From Bdellovibrionales bacterium (GTDB lineage Bacteria > Bdellovibrionota > Bdellovibrionia > Bdellovibrionales > UBA1609), in the NCBI GenBank assembly GCA_965261545.1, contig CBDHDF010000010.1, positions 608,001 to 672,000 on the forward strand: 64,000 nucleotides of DNA, in the 5' to 3' direction. Shown piece after piece: positions 29,193 to 39,950 of this stretch; the stretch's first letter is position 1, and every line of letters begins with the position of its first letter. Position numbers and translations under genes: made by a program. The notes below the pieces were generated by a model. The model ran no database searches, had not been told where the DNA came from, and worked only from the letters and a program-made list of their open reading frames with translations.

Positions 29193-30548
29193 TCACGACT
29201 CTTGTAAATAAGTTTTCTCTTTATATCTAGTAGCAACAAATATGTACAAGCACCCTGCCGCTAAAATCAACCAAACAAAAAGCATGAAATAGTCCACACC
29301 ACTTATGACAGATTGACCTTGGTCATCTTGAATAAACCAGTTGACCATAGCAGTTATAATATTGCCCAAAGTCACAGACAGAAGCAAGAAGCCCATAATA
29401 ATAGACTTCAGAGAGTTGGGCGCTTGGGTGTACGAAAACTCCAAGGCTGTGATTGAAATAAGGATTTCGGCTGCTGTTATGATGACATAAGCCCAAAAGT
29501 GCCAAGCGATGGAAGGTGTTTGCCCAAGTTCAATTAAGTGCTCAACATAGGCAGGAATGACAAATGATGCAGCTGCTATAAAAAAACCAAGTCCAATTTT
29601 CCTCAGTGGAGTGATATGAAACCAGCGTCCCACCATGGGGTAAATAATAAAATTAAAGAGGGGGATAAATATCATCACCAGAATGGGATTCAAAGCTTGA
29701 ATTTGTGAAGGAAGCAGCTCAAATCTCAACCAATCCATTTGTATGGGGCCCCAGCGCAAATCTATCCACTTATTCATATCAACGGCTTGTTGAACCCATG
29801 ATGAAGCTGTTTGGTCAAAAAGAGCCCAAAAGAAAGCAATAAAAACATAAAGGGTGCAAAGGCTAAGAATAGTTTTCATACCCTCCCCCGTAAAAGCTTT
29901 TTTGGATACAGTCCCCCACCCCTTGGGCTCAGCATGGATATAGTGCTTTCTCCCTATCCAAATAATAATGGTGGCCAAAAACATAAGAAGTCCTGGAATT
30001 CCAAAAGCCACACTGGGACCAGCTGCTTTGAGGGTCCATGGGATCAGAGCTGCGGCAAAAGTGGAGCCAAAGTTAATAGAAAAGTAAAACCAGCTGTAGA
30101 CCTTAGGTATAAGGTGGCTACTTTCCTTATTGAACTGATCGCCCACAAAAGCAGAAACACAGGGTTTAATGCCCCCCGACCCAATAGCAATGAGAGTGAG
30201 GCCCACGGCAAGGCCCATTCGGGTCTCAAACAAGGCCAGTGTAAAATGGCCTAGACAGTAAACAATAGATAAGCGAATAATTGTCTTGTATTTCCCCCAA
30301 AAGGCATCGGCAATAATGGCCCCTAAGATGGGAAAGAGGTAGACACCACTGGTAAACCAGTGAAACCAAACATTGGCTTCGGCTTCACTCATAAAATCGG
30401 GAGTAAGCCCATCAGCCTGCATCATGTACTGGGTCATGAATACAACTAAAATTCCACGCATCCCATAGAAACTAAAACGCTCTGCGGCTTCATTGCCTAC
30501 AATAAATGGAATGCTTTGAGGCATTTTGTTTGCTTTTTGTTCCTGCAT
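29193..30548 (-). CDS. POT/PTR family proton-dependent oligopeptide transporter
   Basis: EAAERFSFYGMR (ExxERFxYY-like), GGIKP, FYFSINFGS; about 12 TM segments. Confidence 0.93.
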   Translation of the reverse strand: MQEQKANKMPQSIPFIVGNEAAERFSFYGMRGILVVFMTQYMMQADGLTPDFMSEAEANVWFHWFTSGVYLFPILGAIIADAFWGKYKTIIRLSIVYCLGHFTLALFETRMGLAVGLTLIAIGSGGIKPCVSAFVGDQFNKESSHLIPKVYSWFYFSINFGSTFAAALIPWTLKAAGPSVAFGIPGLLMFLATIIIWIGRKHYIHAEPKGWGTVSKKAFTGEGMKTILSLCTLYVFIAFFWALFDQTASSWVQQAVDMNKWIDLRWGPIQMDWLRFELLPSQIQALNPILVMIFIPLFNFIIYPMVGRWFHITPLRKIGLGFFIAAASFVIPAYVEHLIELGQTPSIAWHFWAYVIITAAEILISITALEFSYTQAPNSLKSIIMGFLLLSVTLGNIITAMVNWFIQDDQGQSVISGVDYFMLFVWLILAAGCLYIFVATRYKEKTYLQES

Positions 30549-30581
30549 CTCAGCATTGGTATTACTTATTTATGACTATCG

Positions 30582-31706
30582 TCAATGCTGCCAGTGAATT
30601 TTTGTGGATTTGTGTAAGTAGTACCCGTTTTTGGCCTTGAAAATATAGCGTGGCTTTGTTTCATCGGGCTCAATCATTCGCCTAAATCGCCGGATCGTCA
30701 CATAAATCTTGTTGTCGTGAACCCTAGGATTATAGTTTTGATTCCATACCTTTGAGGCAAGATCCTTTTTAGAGTACATCTGTCCAGGGTTACCCAAGAA
30801 AAGTTTTAACATTCTCATAAGAATCGAGGGGTGTTTAATAAATATCTCCCCCTTGTGCCTTTCTACTAAAATACCCATGGACTCTTCAAAGGTGAGGTCA
30901 CATTTACGATCATCCCCTGGCCACCTTAGAGGCTCTAGGGCCTCATTGATAAGGCGACTGAGGTGAATCATATTTTGGGGATCTATGATTTTTTTGGCAA
31001 GTAACAAGTACCAGTGTGCTTTCTTCGTATCCCCCATTCCGAGGTGAATCATCCCTGCCATGTAGAGAAAGTGCATGTGGAAGTAAAGGCTTTTCTGACT
31101 TTGCAACCCTTTCTCTCCTTCCTCCCAAACCTCCATGGCTTCTTCGTACTTTTCAACCTTATAAAGAATATGACTACGAATAAGCTGACTTCTAAGATAA
31201 AGCCCCGGAAAATTTAAAGCGCTAGAGAGCACAAGAAGATTTGATGTTTCCTTAAGGGCCTCCTCAAAACGATTCCACTTTATATAAATCATCGCCAAGG
31301 TTGTGATGGCAAGGCAGACGTCCCTTCTTTGATTTTGGAACAAGGCAAGGGATAAGGATTTCTGAGCATCGTTAAATGCGGATTCCACTTGTTGGCTACA
31401 TAGGGAAGACAAGGCAAGAGCGTTGTATAGCTTAGGACTTGAAAGGCCGATGTTTTGATGAAACAATTTTTGAAGTTCACTTTGAGTGGCGAGGCCACTT
31501 TGTATGTCCTCCTGCTCCATATAAATATGTAATAAAAAGTGGTGACATGCTAAGTAAGAATCGAGGAGGGTAGGCATATTGGAAGCATAAAAAGAGGCTG
31601 CTTCATGCAGTATAGGTATTGCCAATTTAAAGTCTGCTTTTTCATAGTACAAGCGTCCTACTTCAAAGGCCCACTTACCTGAGATAGAACTCACTTTCTT
31701 CCTCAT
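30582..31706 (-). CDS. TPR protein with a C-terminal OmpR-type winged-helix DNA-binding domain
   Basis: TPR-like helices; SKKDLASKVW..NKIYVTIRRFRRMIE..PRYI..GY. Confidence 0.8.
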   Translation of the reverse strand: MRKKVSSISGKWAFEVGRLYYEKADFKLAIPILHEAASFYASNMPTLLDSYLACHHFLLHIYMEQEDIQSGLATQSELQKLFHQNIGLSSPKLYNALALSSLCSQQVESAFNDAQKSLSLALFQNQRRDVCLAITTLAMIYIKWNRFEEALKETSNLLVLSSALNFPGLYLRSQLIRSHILYKVEKYEEAMEVWEEGEKGLQSQKSLYFHMHFLYMAGMIHLGMGDTKKAHWYLLLAKKIIDPQNMIHLSRLINEALEPLRWPGDDRKCDLTFEESMGILVERHKGEIFIKHPSILMRMLKLFLGNPGQMYSKKDLASKVWNQNYNPRVHDNKIYVTIRRFRRMIEPDETKPRYIFKAKNGYYLHKSTKIHWQH

Positions 31707-31726
31707 TTAGTTATATATCTTATATC

Positions 31727-32101
31727 CTACCTGGCATACCTTTTTACAAGGCTCTCACGTATCTCAGCTCCCTCAATACTCAATCGTGTCCAAGGAATCG
31801 CCAGTAGCCTTTCTGGCTCAATAAGCTCTTCGGTTTCTTCACAAATACCGTAGGTGCCAGAGTCAATACGGGAAAGAGCCATTTCAATTTCAAGTAACTG
31901 CTTTCTAAGTCGTTCATTATTGCGTAAAAATTCATCTTCAGCTAAAGCGCGGAGGGTTTGGTCTCCCTCGTCTCCCCCCTTGCTATCATCACCCGAGTGG
32001 AGATCCTGTCGAGCATCCCGGACTCGATTTAGAAGTTCTGTCTTGAGTGTCAGCAACTTTTTCTTACACTTCTCCACAAGTTCTTTAGATAACTCTATCA
32101 T
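31727..32101 (-). CDS. dksA: DksA/TraR family transcription factor
   Basis: Coiled-coil tip DEGD; ALSRIDSGTYGICEETEELIEPERLLAIPW. Confidence 0.88.
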   Translation of the reverse strand: MIELSKELVEKCKKKLLTLKTELLNRVRDARQDLHSGDDSKGGDEGDQTLRALAEDEFLRNNERLRKQLLEIEMALSRIDSGTYGICEETEELIEPERLLAIPWTRLSIEGAEIRESLVKRYAR

Positions 32102-32544
32102 AAGATTGCCCCTCCCTAGTTTTTACGACCCACTTTTAGTCCTAACTTGATCATCTTATTAGCCAATCTAGGTTGAACTATTTACATACAATTTATGTAA
32201 GAATTGCAAGTATAAATATCTAAAAGTGTAAATTTTTTCAAAAAAAACTCCTTTTTCAGGACCACAGCAGTAGACAAAAGTCCAAAATGCTTCGTAAAAT
32301 TACGCAATGTGTCTTTTGGAATCTACTGACTCCTTTAAATATCTATATTAAGGGACATACAACATAATCCAAAGTAAAATTAGTCATTTGTCTCTTATTA
32401 AGGCGTTTTTAGCTAAAAATATAGTATAGATTTACTGCCCTCCTCAACATATCACGCCTTGAGACCTCTCAAGTATGACTCTTCTCATAATATTATGGAT
32501 CGCATTAGGCCCAATGCCTACGAACTAATGCTATATTAGGACGT

Positions 32545-33513
32545 ATGGAAACTCTCACAGCCATGAGCCTACTCATTTTGGGTTTTACTCTGCTTATTTT
32601 GGGTGGAGAAAGTCTTGTGAAGGCCTCTATCAGCATAGCATCTAGGCTTAAGGTGAGCCCGACAGTGATTGGGGTCACTGTTGTCGCAGGGGGGACATCA
32701 GCCCCCGAAATTATGACAAGCTTCATGGCATCTTTTAAGGATGTGGATGACATTGCCATAGGAAATATCATTGGATCAAATATTTTTAATATTCTTGGCA
32801 TTTTAGGTCTCACTACTCTCATAAAGACCAGTTTTGTAGAGCGCAGCTTCCTCAATTTTGATTTATATGCTCTTCTGTTTTTTACCTTTTTATTTACAGT
32901 TCTTATTCATGACCAAAATATTTCAGGCTTAGAGGGGGCGACCTTTCTCTTTCTTTTAATGTTATTTCTAGGGTGGACAGTTCATAGATCTCGTCAAGGC
33001 CCTCCCCAGGAGGTTAGCAAAAGTGAAGAGGGGGGAAAAAATGAAAATGACATGAAAGTACTCAAAAAACCTATCTATGATATTTCTTATATGCTTTTTG
33101 GCCTAGGGGCTTTGATAGCTGGGGCCCAATGGGCTCTCTCTGGAGGAGTGAGCCTAGGCGAGGCTATGGGGCTTTCAGAAAGAGTTATTGGTCTCACAAT
33201 TATATCTGTGGGAACAGGCCTTCCTGAGCTAGCCACCTCTCTTGCTGCAACTCTAAGAGGGTGGACGGGTTTGGCTGTGGCCAATGTGGTTGGCTCCAAT
33301 ATTATGAATACGCTGGCTGTGCCTGCCGTAGCCTCCCTATCGGGTTCTATTCATGTGGGAGAAAGTCTTTCTTGGCGAGATAGTTACATCCTTATTGCAG
33401 TGACCTTGTTGCTATTTGCGGCGTTGCAGCTTTCTGGGGGTAAACTTCACCGTTTATGGGGAAGTCTTTTCGTGATGAGCTACGCAGGGTATATTTACTA
33501 CTTATACTTATAA
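32545..33513 (+). CDS. Ca2+/Na+ antiporter (YrbG-like)
   Basis: Two alpha repeats: GTSAPE..GNIIGSN and GTGLPE..ANVVGSN. Confidence 0.92.
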   Translation: METLTAMSLLILGFTLLILGGESLVKASISIASRLKVSPTVIGVTVVAGGTSAPEIMTSFMASFKDVDDIAIGNIIGSNIFNILGILGLTTLIKTSFVERSFLNFDLYALLFFTFLFTVLIHDQNISGLEGATFLFLLMLFLGWTVHRSRQGPPQEVSKSEEGGKNENDMKVLKKPIYDISYMLFGLGALIAGAQWALSGGVSLGEAMGLSERVIGLTIISVGTGLPELATSLAATLRGWTGLAVANVVGSNIMNTLAVPAVASLSGSIHVGESLSWRDSYILIAVTLLLFAALQLSGGKLHRLWGSLFVMSYAGYIYYLYL

Positions 33514-33601
33514 TGATTATAGGAGTCATCTCTTAGACTGTAGTTTTATCAATGGAGCGGCGATACTTGCTCCTTTAATGAGTCTGTGGAGTAAATGAAG
33601 T

Positions 33602-34021
33602 ATGATATTTCGTCAATTGTCTCAATTCTTCAGTGGTTTGGCTTATATTTTGTATCGCCCCCTCTGGGTTCTATCTTTTTGCTTGATTGTGATTGTCATC
33701 AACCTTTTTTGGAGTCATGGTGGACTTTTTCAACTTTGGAGCCTTTATCGAAATGGTGATGAAATGTCTCAGCGTATTGCCAACTTGAAAGAAGAAGTAG
33801 GCAATCTTTCCATGAAAATCAAAAGAATTTCTGACCCCGATTTTTTAGAACTAGAAGCCAACAACTACTTTGATGTTGTTGAAAAGGGAGATATTATTTT
33901 TGTTTTTTCTCACGATGGAAAAGAGCGAAATAGTGAGGAGAAGAACCTTGGAGATATTAAGAGTGGAGATATTAAGAGTGAAAATATCGAGAGAAGAGAT
34001 CTTGAGAGTCGGGGGCTATGA
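33602..34021 (+). CDS. Septum formation initiator (FtsB/DivIC family)
   Basis: Single TM, GGL, coiled coil, DPDFLELEA..VEKGDIIF. Confidence 0.75.
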   Translation: MIFRQLSQFFSGLAYILYRPLWVLSFCLIVIVINLFWSHGGLFQLWSLYRNGDEMSQRIANLKEEVGNLSMKIKRISDPDFLELEANNYFDVVEKGDIIFVFSHDGKERNSEEKNLGDIKSGDIKSENIERRDLESRGL

Positions 34022-36645
34022 AAAAACTTTACTTAGTTGATACCTATGCTTTTTTCTTTCGAGCTTATTATGCCATTCCCTCGATGACCACAAAAAAAGG
34101 ACTCCCCACCCAAGCTCTTTATGGTCTCACCTCCATGATAGTGAAGCTTTTAAGAGAAGTAAAACCTGACTATATGGTTTGCTGTTTTGATCGCAAAGAT
34201 GGTTCTTTTCGCAATGAGTTCTACCCTGAATACAAGGCCCACCGAGATGACATGCCTGAAGATTTGATTCCACAGGTTCCCTATATTCGCCAGGTTCTCG
34301 AAGCTCTCGGTATAACTTGTATGGATCAAAAGGGCTTTGAAGCTGATGATGTTATTGGAAGCTTAACCCACTGGGGAAGAGAGCATCAACTGGAAGTGAT
34401 TATTGTAAGTAGTGATAAGGATTTTGCCCAACTTATTGGACCCCATGTCACCATGTTAGATGTTATGAAAGACAAGCATTACGATGAAGCTAAGGTTCTT
34501 GAAAAGTGGGGGGTAGTTTCACAACAGATGATTGATTACTTGGCGATTGTGGGAGATAGCAGCGATAACATACCTGGGGTCAAGGGTATTGGCCCTAAGG
34601 GCGCCCAGAAACTACTGGCCGAATTTAAAACCTTGAATGGAATTTATGACCACTTGGAAGAAGTCAAAGCCCCTGGTCTATTAAAAAAATTAAAAGAACA
34701 CCGAGAAAGTGCGTATCTTTCTCAAAAACTTGTGACCATTGTCATAGATATTCCCATAGAATATGAACCTGATGACCTGAAACTAAAAAAAATTCATCGA
34801 GATGAATTGAAAAAATTGTTTGAAGAACTGGAATTTCAGAGCTTTGAAAGAAAATTATTGTCACCTTTGCCGAAGGACTCTCTGGGTGAAACGAACCCTC
34901 CAGGCGGAGCGAATGTTCTAGATGAGGTGAACTCTCCAGATGGAGCGAACCCGACTTATAACAAAAGGGTAGACGGTGAACGAAGGAAACGAGGACGGCA
35001 GGGGGCCTGGAGGGAAGTGACTTGGAGTCTCTCTGAATTGAAGAAAAATATTCAACCCTATTCAGAGCTTTGGGTTATCTTCAACGAAAGAGGCCTCATC
35101 CTAGGCTACAAAGGAGAGGCCGTCACCGTGATAGATGCTGAGGTTTGCCAAGTGGGTCTGGCTTTGGGGTCGAAATACCTGCAATGGAAGGGTTATGGAC
35201 TCAAAGAAATTTGGAAAAAGATCAAACTCCCCCATGGGCAAATCCCATCCACAGATATTATGCTCATGGCTTATATTTTAAAGCCTGGCAATATAGAGAG
35301 TTTTGAAAGTATTTATGAAATGTATACAGGGCAAAAGGTCCCCGACCTTCCTACAGCCAGCCATCTTTTAAAAATGCAGGTGGAACTGGAACATATTCTT
35401 GAGAAGCAACTCGTGCAAAGTGCTCAGAATGGCCATGTACTCAAAATACTCAAAGACATGGAGTACCCCTTGGTACCTGTTCTCTTTGACATGGAACAAA
35501 GGGGAATCGCCTTAGACGCCTCCATTCTTCAAAAAGAGAGCCAAGCCTTAGAAAAAGATATGAATGTCCTTGAAAAAAGCATTCAACAAACAGCGGAGGA
35601 ACCCTTTAATGTGGCTAGCCCCAAGCAACTGGCTCATATTTTATTTGAAAAAATGGGGTTGCCGAGCAGTAAGAAAACAAAAATAGGCTACTCAACAGCC
35701 AGTGATGTTTTGGAGAAGCTTGCAAGCCTTCACCCTATTTGCAGGGAGGTCTTGGAGTACAGAGAACTTTCAAAGCTTAAATCCACCTATGTGGATGCCC
35801 TGCCTCAGCTGATTTGTCATGACACAGGTCGAATCCATACTTGCTTTAGGCAAGCGGCGACGACCACAGGACGACTTTCAAGTATTCACCCCAACTTGCA
35901 AAATATTCCCATAAGAACAAAGAGGGGGCGTTTGGTGAGACAGGCTTTTATGACCCTACCAGGCCACCAGTTGATATCTGCTGATTACAGTCAAATTGAG
36001 TTGCGAATTCTCGCTCATATCACTGAAGACCCTGGACTCTGTGAAGCCTTTCGCCGTGACTTAGATATTCATGCTGCCACTGCCGCTGAGGTTTTTCACC
36101 TCAAGGTGGAAGACATCACAGCAGACCATCGCAGAATTGCCAAGGCTGTTAACTTTGGAATTGCCTATGGCCAAGGAGCTTTCAGTCTCGGAAAATCTCT
36201 AGGGTTGAGTCGAAGCGAATCCCAAGAAATCATCGACAATTATTTTCGTAAATTCAAAGGGGTAAAAAGATATATGGAACAAGCTGTTGAAATGGGTCGA
36301 AAGGATGGCTACGTCAGCTCTCTCTTTGGTCGACGTCGCTACTTAAATGGACTCCAAGCTCGCCATGGAGCTGTGAGGAGGGCCGAGGAGCGTGCCGCCA
36401 TCAATGCTCCCATCCAAGGAACAGCCAGCGATATTGTCAAAAAAGCGATGATTGCGATTCACAATGAGTCTACAGCCTCCATGCTTATTCAGGTTCACGA
36501 TGAACTTTTATTTGAATGCCCCGATGAAGATGTTCAGGAGCAAAGAGAAACTGTTAAGAGAATCATGGAATCTGTGGTGGAGTTAAAAGTTCCTCTCAAA
36601 GTCAATACAGCTGTTGGTCCCAACTGGGTGGAGGCCCATGCTTAA
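34018..36645 (+). CDS. polA: DNA polymerase I
   Basis: 5'-3' exonuclease motifs (EADD, GDSSDNIPG); polymerase motifs TGRLSS, DYSQIELR, QVHDE. Confidence 0.97.
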   Translation: MKKLYLVDTYAFFFRAYYAIPSMTTKKGLPTQALYGLTSMIVKLLREVKPDYMVCCFDRKDGSFRNEFYPEYKAHRDDMPEDLIPQVPYIRQVLEALGITCMDQKGFEADDVIGSLTHWGREHQLEVIIVSSDKDFAQLIGPHVTMLDVMKDKHYDEAKVLEKWGVVSQQMIDYLAIVGDSSDNIPGVKGIGPKGAQKLLAEFKTLNGIYDHLEEVKAPGLLKKLKEHRESAYLSQKLVTIVIDIPIEYEPDDLKLKKIHRDELKKLFEELEFQSFERKLLSPLPKDSLGETNPPGGANVLDEVNSPDGANPTYNKRVDGERRKRGRQGAWREVTWSLSELKKNIQPYSELWVIFNERGLILGYKGEAVTVIDAEVCQVGLALGSKYLQWKGYGLKEIWKKIKLPHGQIPSTDIMLMAYILKPGNIESFESIYEMYTGQKVPDLPTASHLLKMQVELEHILEKQLVQSAQNGHVLKILKDMEYPLVPVLFDMEQRGIALDASILQKESQALEKDMNVLEKSIQQTAEEPFNVASPKQLAHILFEKMGLPSSKKTKIGYSTASDVLEKLASLHPICREVLEYRELSKLKSTYVDALPQLICHDTGRIHTCFRQAATTTGRLSSIHPNLQNIPIRTKRGRLVRQAFMTLPGHQLISADYSQIELRILAHITEDPGLCEAFRRDLDIHAATAAEVFHLKVEDITADHRRIAKAVNFGIAYGQGAFSLGKSLGLSRSESQEIIDNYFRKFKGVKRYMEQAVEMGRKDGYVSSLFGRRRYLNGLQARHGAVRRAEERAAINAPIQGTASDIVKKAMIAIHNESTASMLIQVHDELLFECPDEDVQEQRETVKRIMESVVELKVPLKVNTAVGPNWVEAHA

Positions 36646-36951
36646 TGGGGTGAGGAGAGCTCATAGAGAGCAATAAGCAATAACCACGGGCCAGAAGCAC
36701 GCGAAGAACGAAGAAGAGAGCTCAGCAGAGAACACACGGAGAGACCAAAAAAGTGTGTGGAATTTTATTGCTACGTGTTATATTTATCTCAAGTTGGTAC
36801 TTGTGAAAAAGGCATACTATACAAGAGAACCCCTATAGCTATATAAACCCCTATAGTTATAAGGGAGTTTCTCTAAAATAGAGGAAAAAGTGCCTGCTCA
36901 TATTATCAACAAGGCCCCCTGGCCTCTTCGGCCCCCACAAGGAGTGAAGAA

Positions 36952-38673
36952 ATGTCCAACCCGATTGTGTCCATTAAAGATCTCGCCATTGAATTCATCA
37001 CCGACGAAGGAGTTATCCCTGCTGTCAAAAAAGTGTCCTTCGATATTCCCAAGGGAAAAACTCTGGGACTTGTTGGTGAATCGGGCTCAGGTAAGAGCGT
37101 GTCCTCCATGGCCATTATGCAGTTGATTCCTATGCCTCCGGGAAAGATCAACGGGGGTGAAATCATATACAAAGATCAAAATCTCCTTAGCTTGCCTGAT
37201 TCCAAAATGCGAAGGCTCCGTGGAAATAAAATCTCCATGATCTTTCAAGAACCCATGACAAGCCTAAACCCTGTGTTCACGGTGGGGGAACAAATCACTG
37301 AAACCTTGCGACTTCACCAAGGCATGAATAAAAAAGAAGCCTTTGAAAAGTCCATTGAGCTTTTACATCAAGTGGGTATTCCCAACCCCAAGCAAAGAAT
37401 TTGTTCTTATCCCCACGAAATGAGTGGGGGACAAAGACAGCGTGTGATGATTGCCATTGCCATTTCTTGTCAACCAGAGCTTCTCATTGCCGATGAACCA
37501 ACGACAGCTTTGGACGTCACCATACAAAAGCAAATACTCGAACTCTTGGCGCAACTTCAAGATGAATTTCATATGAGTATTATGTTCATCACCCATGATC
37601 TCGGTGTGATTGCCGATATTGCCGATGAAGTGGTGGTGATGTACAAGGGAAATGTGGTGGAGAAGGGCTTGACAAAGGATATTTTCACTTCTCCTTGCCA
37701 CCCCTACACCAAAGGACTTTTGGCCTGTCGTCCCTCCCTTGAAAAGAAACTCAAAAGGCTGCCAACAATTAGCAATTTTATGACAAAAGAGGGAGAAGAA
37801 ATTGCCTGGGATGTGGGCAATATGGAATTGGCCCAAGATATGCGACCTATTACCGATGACAATCCCGTGATCTTGGAAGTGAAAGATCTCAAAAAACACT
37901 TTCCATTGAAAAAGAGTCTTTTTGGCAAAGTGCTTTCATGGGTTCGTGCTGTGGATGGCGTAAGTTTTCAGGTGAGAGAAAAGCGCACCCTAGGACTTGT
38001 GGGAGAATCGGGCTGTGGAAAGACCACCATTGGACGTACGATTCTTCGGCTTATTGAATCCACAGATGGAAGCATTATTTACCGTGGGCAAAATATCACT
38101 CAACTCAAAGGGGAAGAACTTCGACAATTGCGTCGAAAGATTCAAATTATCTTTCAAGACCCCTATGCCTCCCTCAATCCACGAATGACCATTGGAAGTG
38201 CCATTCAAGAACCCATGACGGTGCACCAAATAGGGGATAACAAAAAGCAGCGCCAAGAAATGGCCGGTGATTTAATGAAAAAAGTGGACCTCGATCCCTC
38301 TATGATGGGACGATACCCCCATGAATTTTCTGGAGGACAACGCCAGAGAATTTGCATTGCCAGAGCCCTTGCTGTGAGACCTGAGTTTATTGTTTGCGAT
38401 GAGTCGGTATCAGCCCTTGACGTTTCTGTTCAAGCTCAGATTTTAAATCTACTCTTGGATTTACAAGATGAACTTAATCTTACTTATATTTTTATTTCCC
38501 ATGATCTCGCCGTCGTGAAGTTCATTGCCGATGAATTGGCTGTGATGGACCAAGGCAAGATGGTAGAAATGGCCAGCGCCATGGAGATTTACCAAAATCC
38601 CAAAAAGGAGTACACCCAAAATCTATTGAGTGCTATTCCTAGGGGCATTCCCAAGGGATTAAAGAATCTATAA
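36952..38673 (+). CDS. Peptide ABC transporter ATPase with two NBDs (DppD/F fusion)
   Basis: GESGSGKS and GESGCGKT; two SGGQRQR signatures. Confidence 0.93.
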   Translation: MSNPIVSIKDLAIEFITDEGVIPAVKKVSFDIPKGKTLGLVGESGSGKSVSSMAIMQLIPMPPGKINGGEIIYKDQNLLSLPDSKMRRLRGNKISMIFQEPMTSLNPVFTVGEQITETLRLHQGMNKKEAFEKSIELLHQVGIPNPKQRICSYPHEMSGGQRQRVMIAIAISCQPELLIADEPTTALDVTIQKQILELLAQLQDEFHMSIMFITHDLGVIADIADEVVVMYKGNVVEKGLTKDIFTSPCHPYTKGLLACRPSLEKKLKRLPTISNFMTKEGEEIAWDVGNMELAQDMRPITDDNPVILEVKDLKKHFPLKKSLFGKVLSWVRAVDGVSFQVREKRTLGLVGESGCGKTTIGRTILRLIESTDGSIIYRGQNITQLKGEELRQLRRKIQIIFQDPYASLNPRMTIGSAIQEPMTVHQIGDNKKQRQEMAGDLMKKVDLDPSMMGRYPHEFSGGQRQRICIARALAVRPEFIVCDESVSALDVSVQAQILNLLLDLQDELNLTYIFISHDLAVVKFIADELAVMDQGKMVEMASAMEIYQNPKKEYTQNLLSAIPRGIPKGLKNL

Positions 38674-38705
38674 CTAATATTTTTTGAAAACAATTCTCAA
38701 TTCTT

Positions 38706-39939
38706 TTGGCTGCTCAACCTAATGGAGTGCCCATGCCACAGCCTATGAATCGTCCATCACCCACCAAGCCCAAAAACTTTTCCAACCTCAACACTCTCAT
38801 GCTTTTGGGGTCTGGTGAGCTAGGCAAAGAGTTGGTGATTGCATCGAAAAGGCTGGGTAAAAGGGTCATTGCCGTGGATAAATACCATGGAGCTCCTGCC
38901 ATGCAGGTGGCCGATCATTTTGAAGTCATTGATATGCTTGATGGACAGCAGCTTGAAAGTGTTGTCAGAAAACATAAGCCAAACCTTATCATCCCTGAAA
39001 TAGAGTCCATTCGCACAGATAAATTGGAGTTTTTTGAAGAAATGGGCATCACTGTTGTTCCCACAGCTGAAGCCGCTTATTTCACCATGAATCGAGAGAC
39101 CATTCGCCATGTGGCGTCCCACGAATTAAATATTAAAACAGCTCTTTTTACATATGCTTCCAATATCAAGGAGCTCAAAAGAGTGATCGCAGAAATTGGT
39201 TTTCCATGTGTTGTTAAACCCCTCATGTCTTCTTCGGGAAAGGGGCAGTCCATTCTTTTGTCGGAAAAAGATGTGCAACCTTCTTGGAGTTTTGCCTGTG
39301 AAAATATGAGAGGGGATATTCCCAAGGTTATTGTTGAAGAATTTATTCCCTTTGATCTAGAGATCACATTGTTAACAGTGAAGCAGCACTATGGAAAAAC
39401 TATTTTTCTCCCCCCCATAGGGCACCGTCAAGAGCGAGGAGATTACCAAGAATCTTGGATGCCAGCAAAGATATCCCTGGTCCATCTGAGAAAAGCTCAA
39501 AGAGTTGCAAAAAAAATAACAGATCGCCTTGGAGGAGCTGGTATTTTTGGAGTAGAATTTTTTATCACTAAGAATGAAGTTTATTTTTCTGAACTATCAC
39601 CTCGCCCCCATGACACAGGGATGGTAACACTTATCTCCCAAGACCTGTCTCAGTTTGATTTGCATGTAAGAGCTATTCTTGGGCTTCCCATTCCTCAAAT
39701 AAATAATTTGGGTCCGGCGGCTTCGGCTGTTATTCTCGCATCCAAAGATAAAAGCACAGCTCCCCAATATATGGGTTTAGAAAAGGCTTTATTGATAAAG
39801 AATACAGATATTCGGATTTTTGGGAAACCAGTGGCACGACAGTTCCGTCGTATGGGTGTGGCCCTTGCGACGGGGGGTTTCAACAAATCAAGCACGCAAA
39901 CGCGCCAAGGAAGCGGCCTCTCTTGTGAAAGTTAAGTAA
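38706..39939 (+). CDS. purT: Formate-dependent GAR transformylase with an apparent +1 frameshift in the last ~20 codons
   Basis: LLGSGELGKE, MSSSGKGQS, ELSPRPHDTG, RRMGVALA; the canonical C-terminus is in the adjacent frame. Confidence 0.92.
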
Positions 39940-39950
39940 AAGTGTACCTC

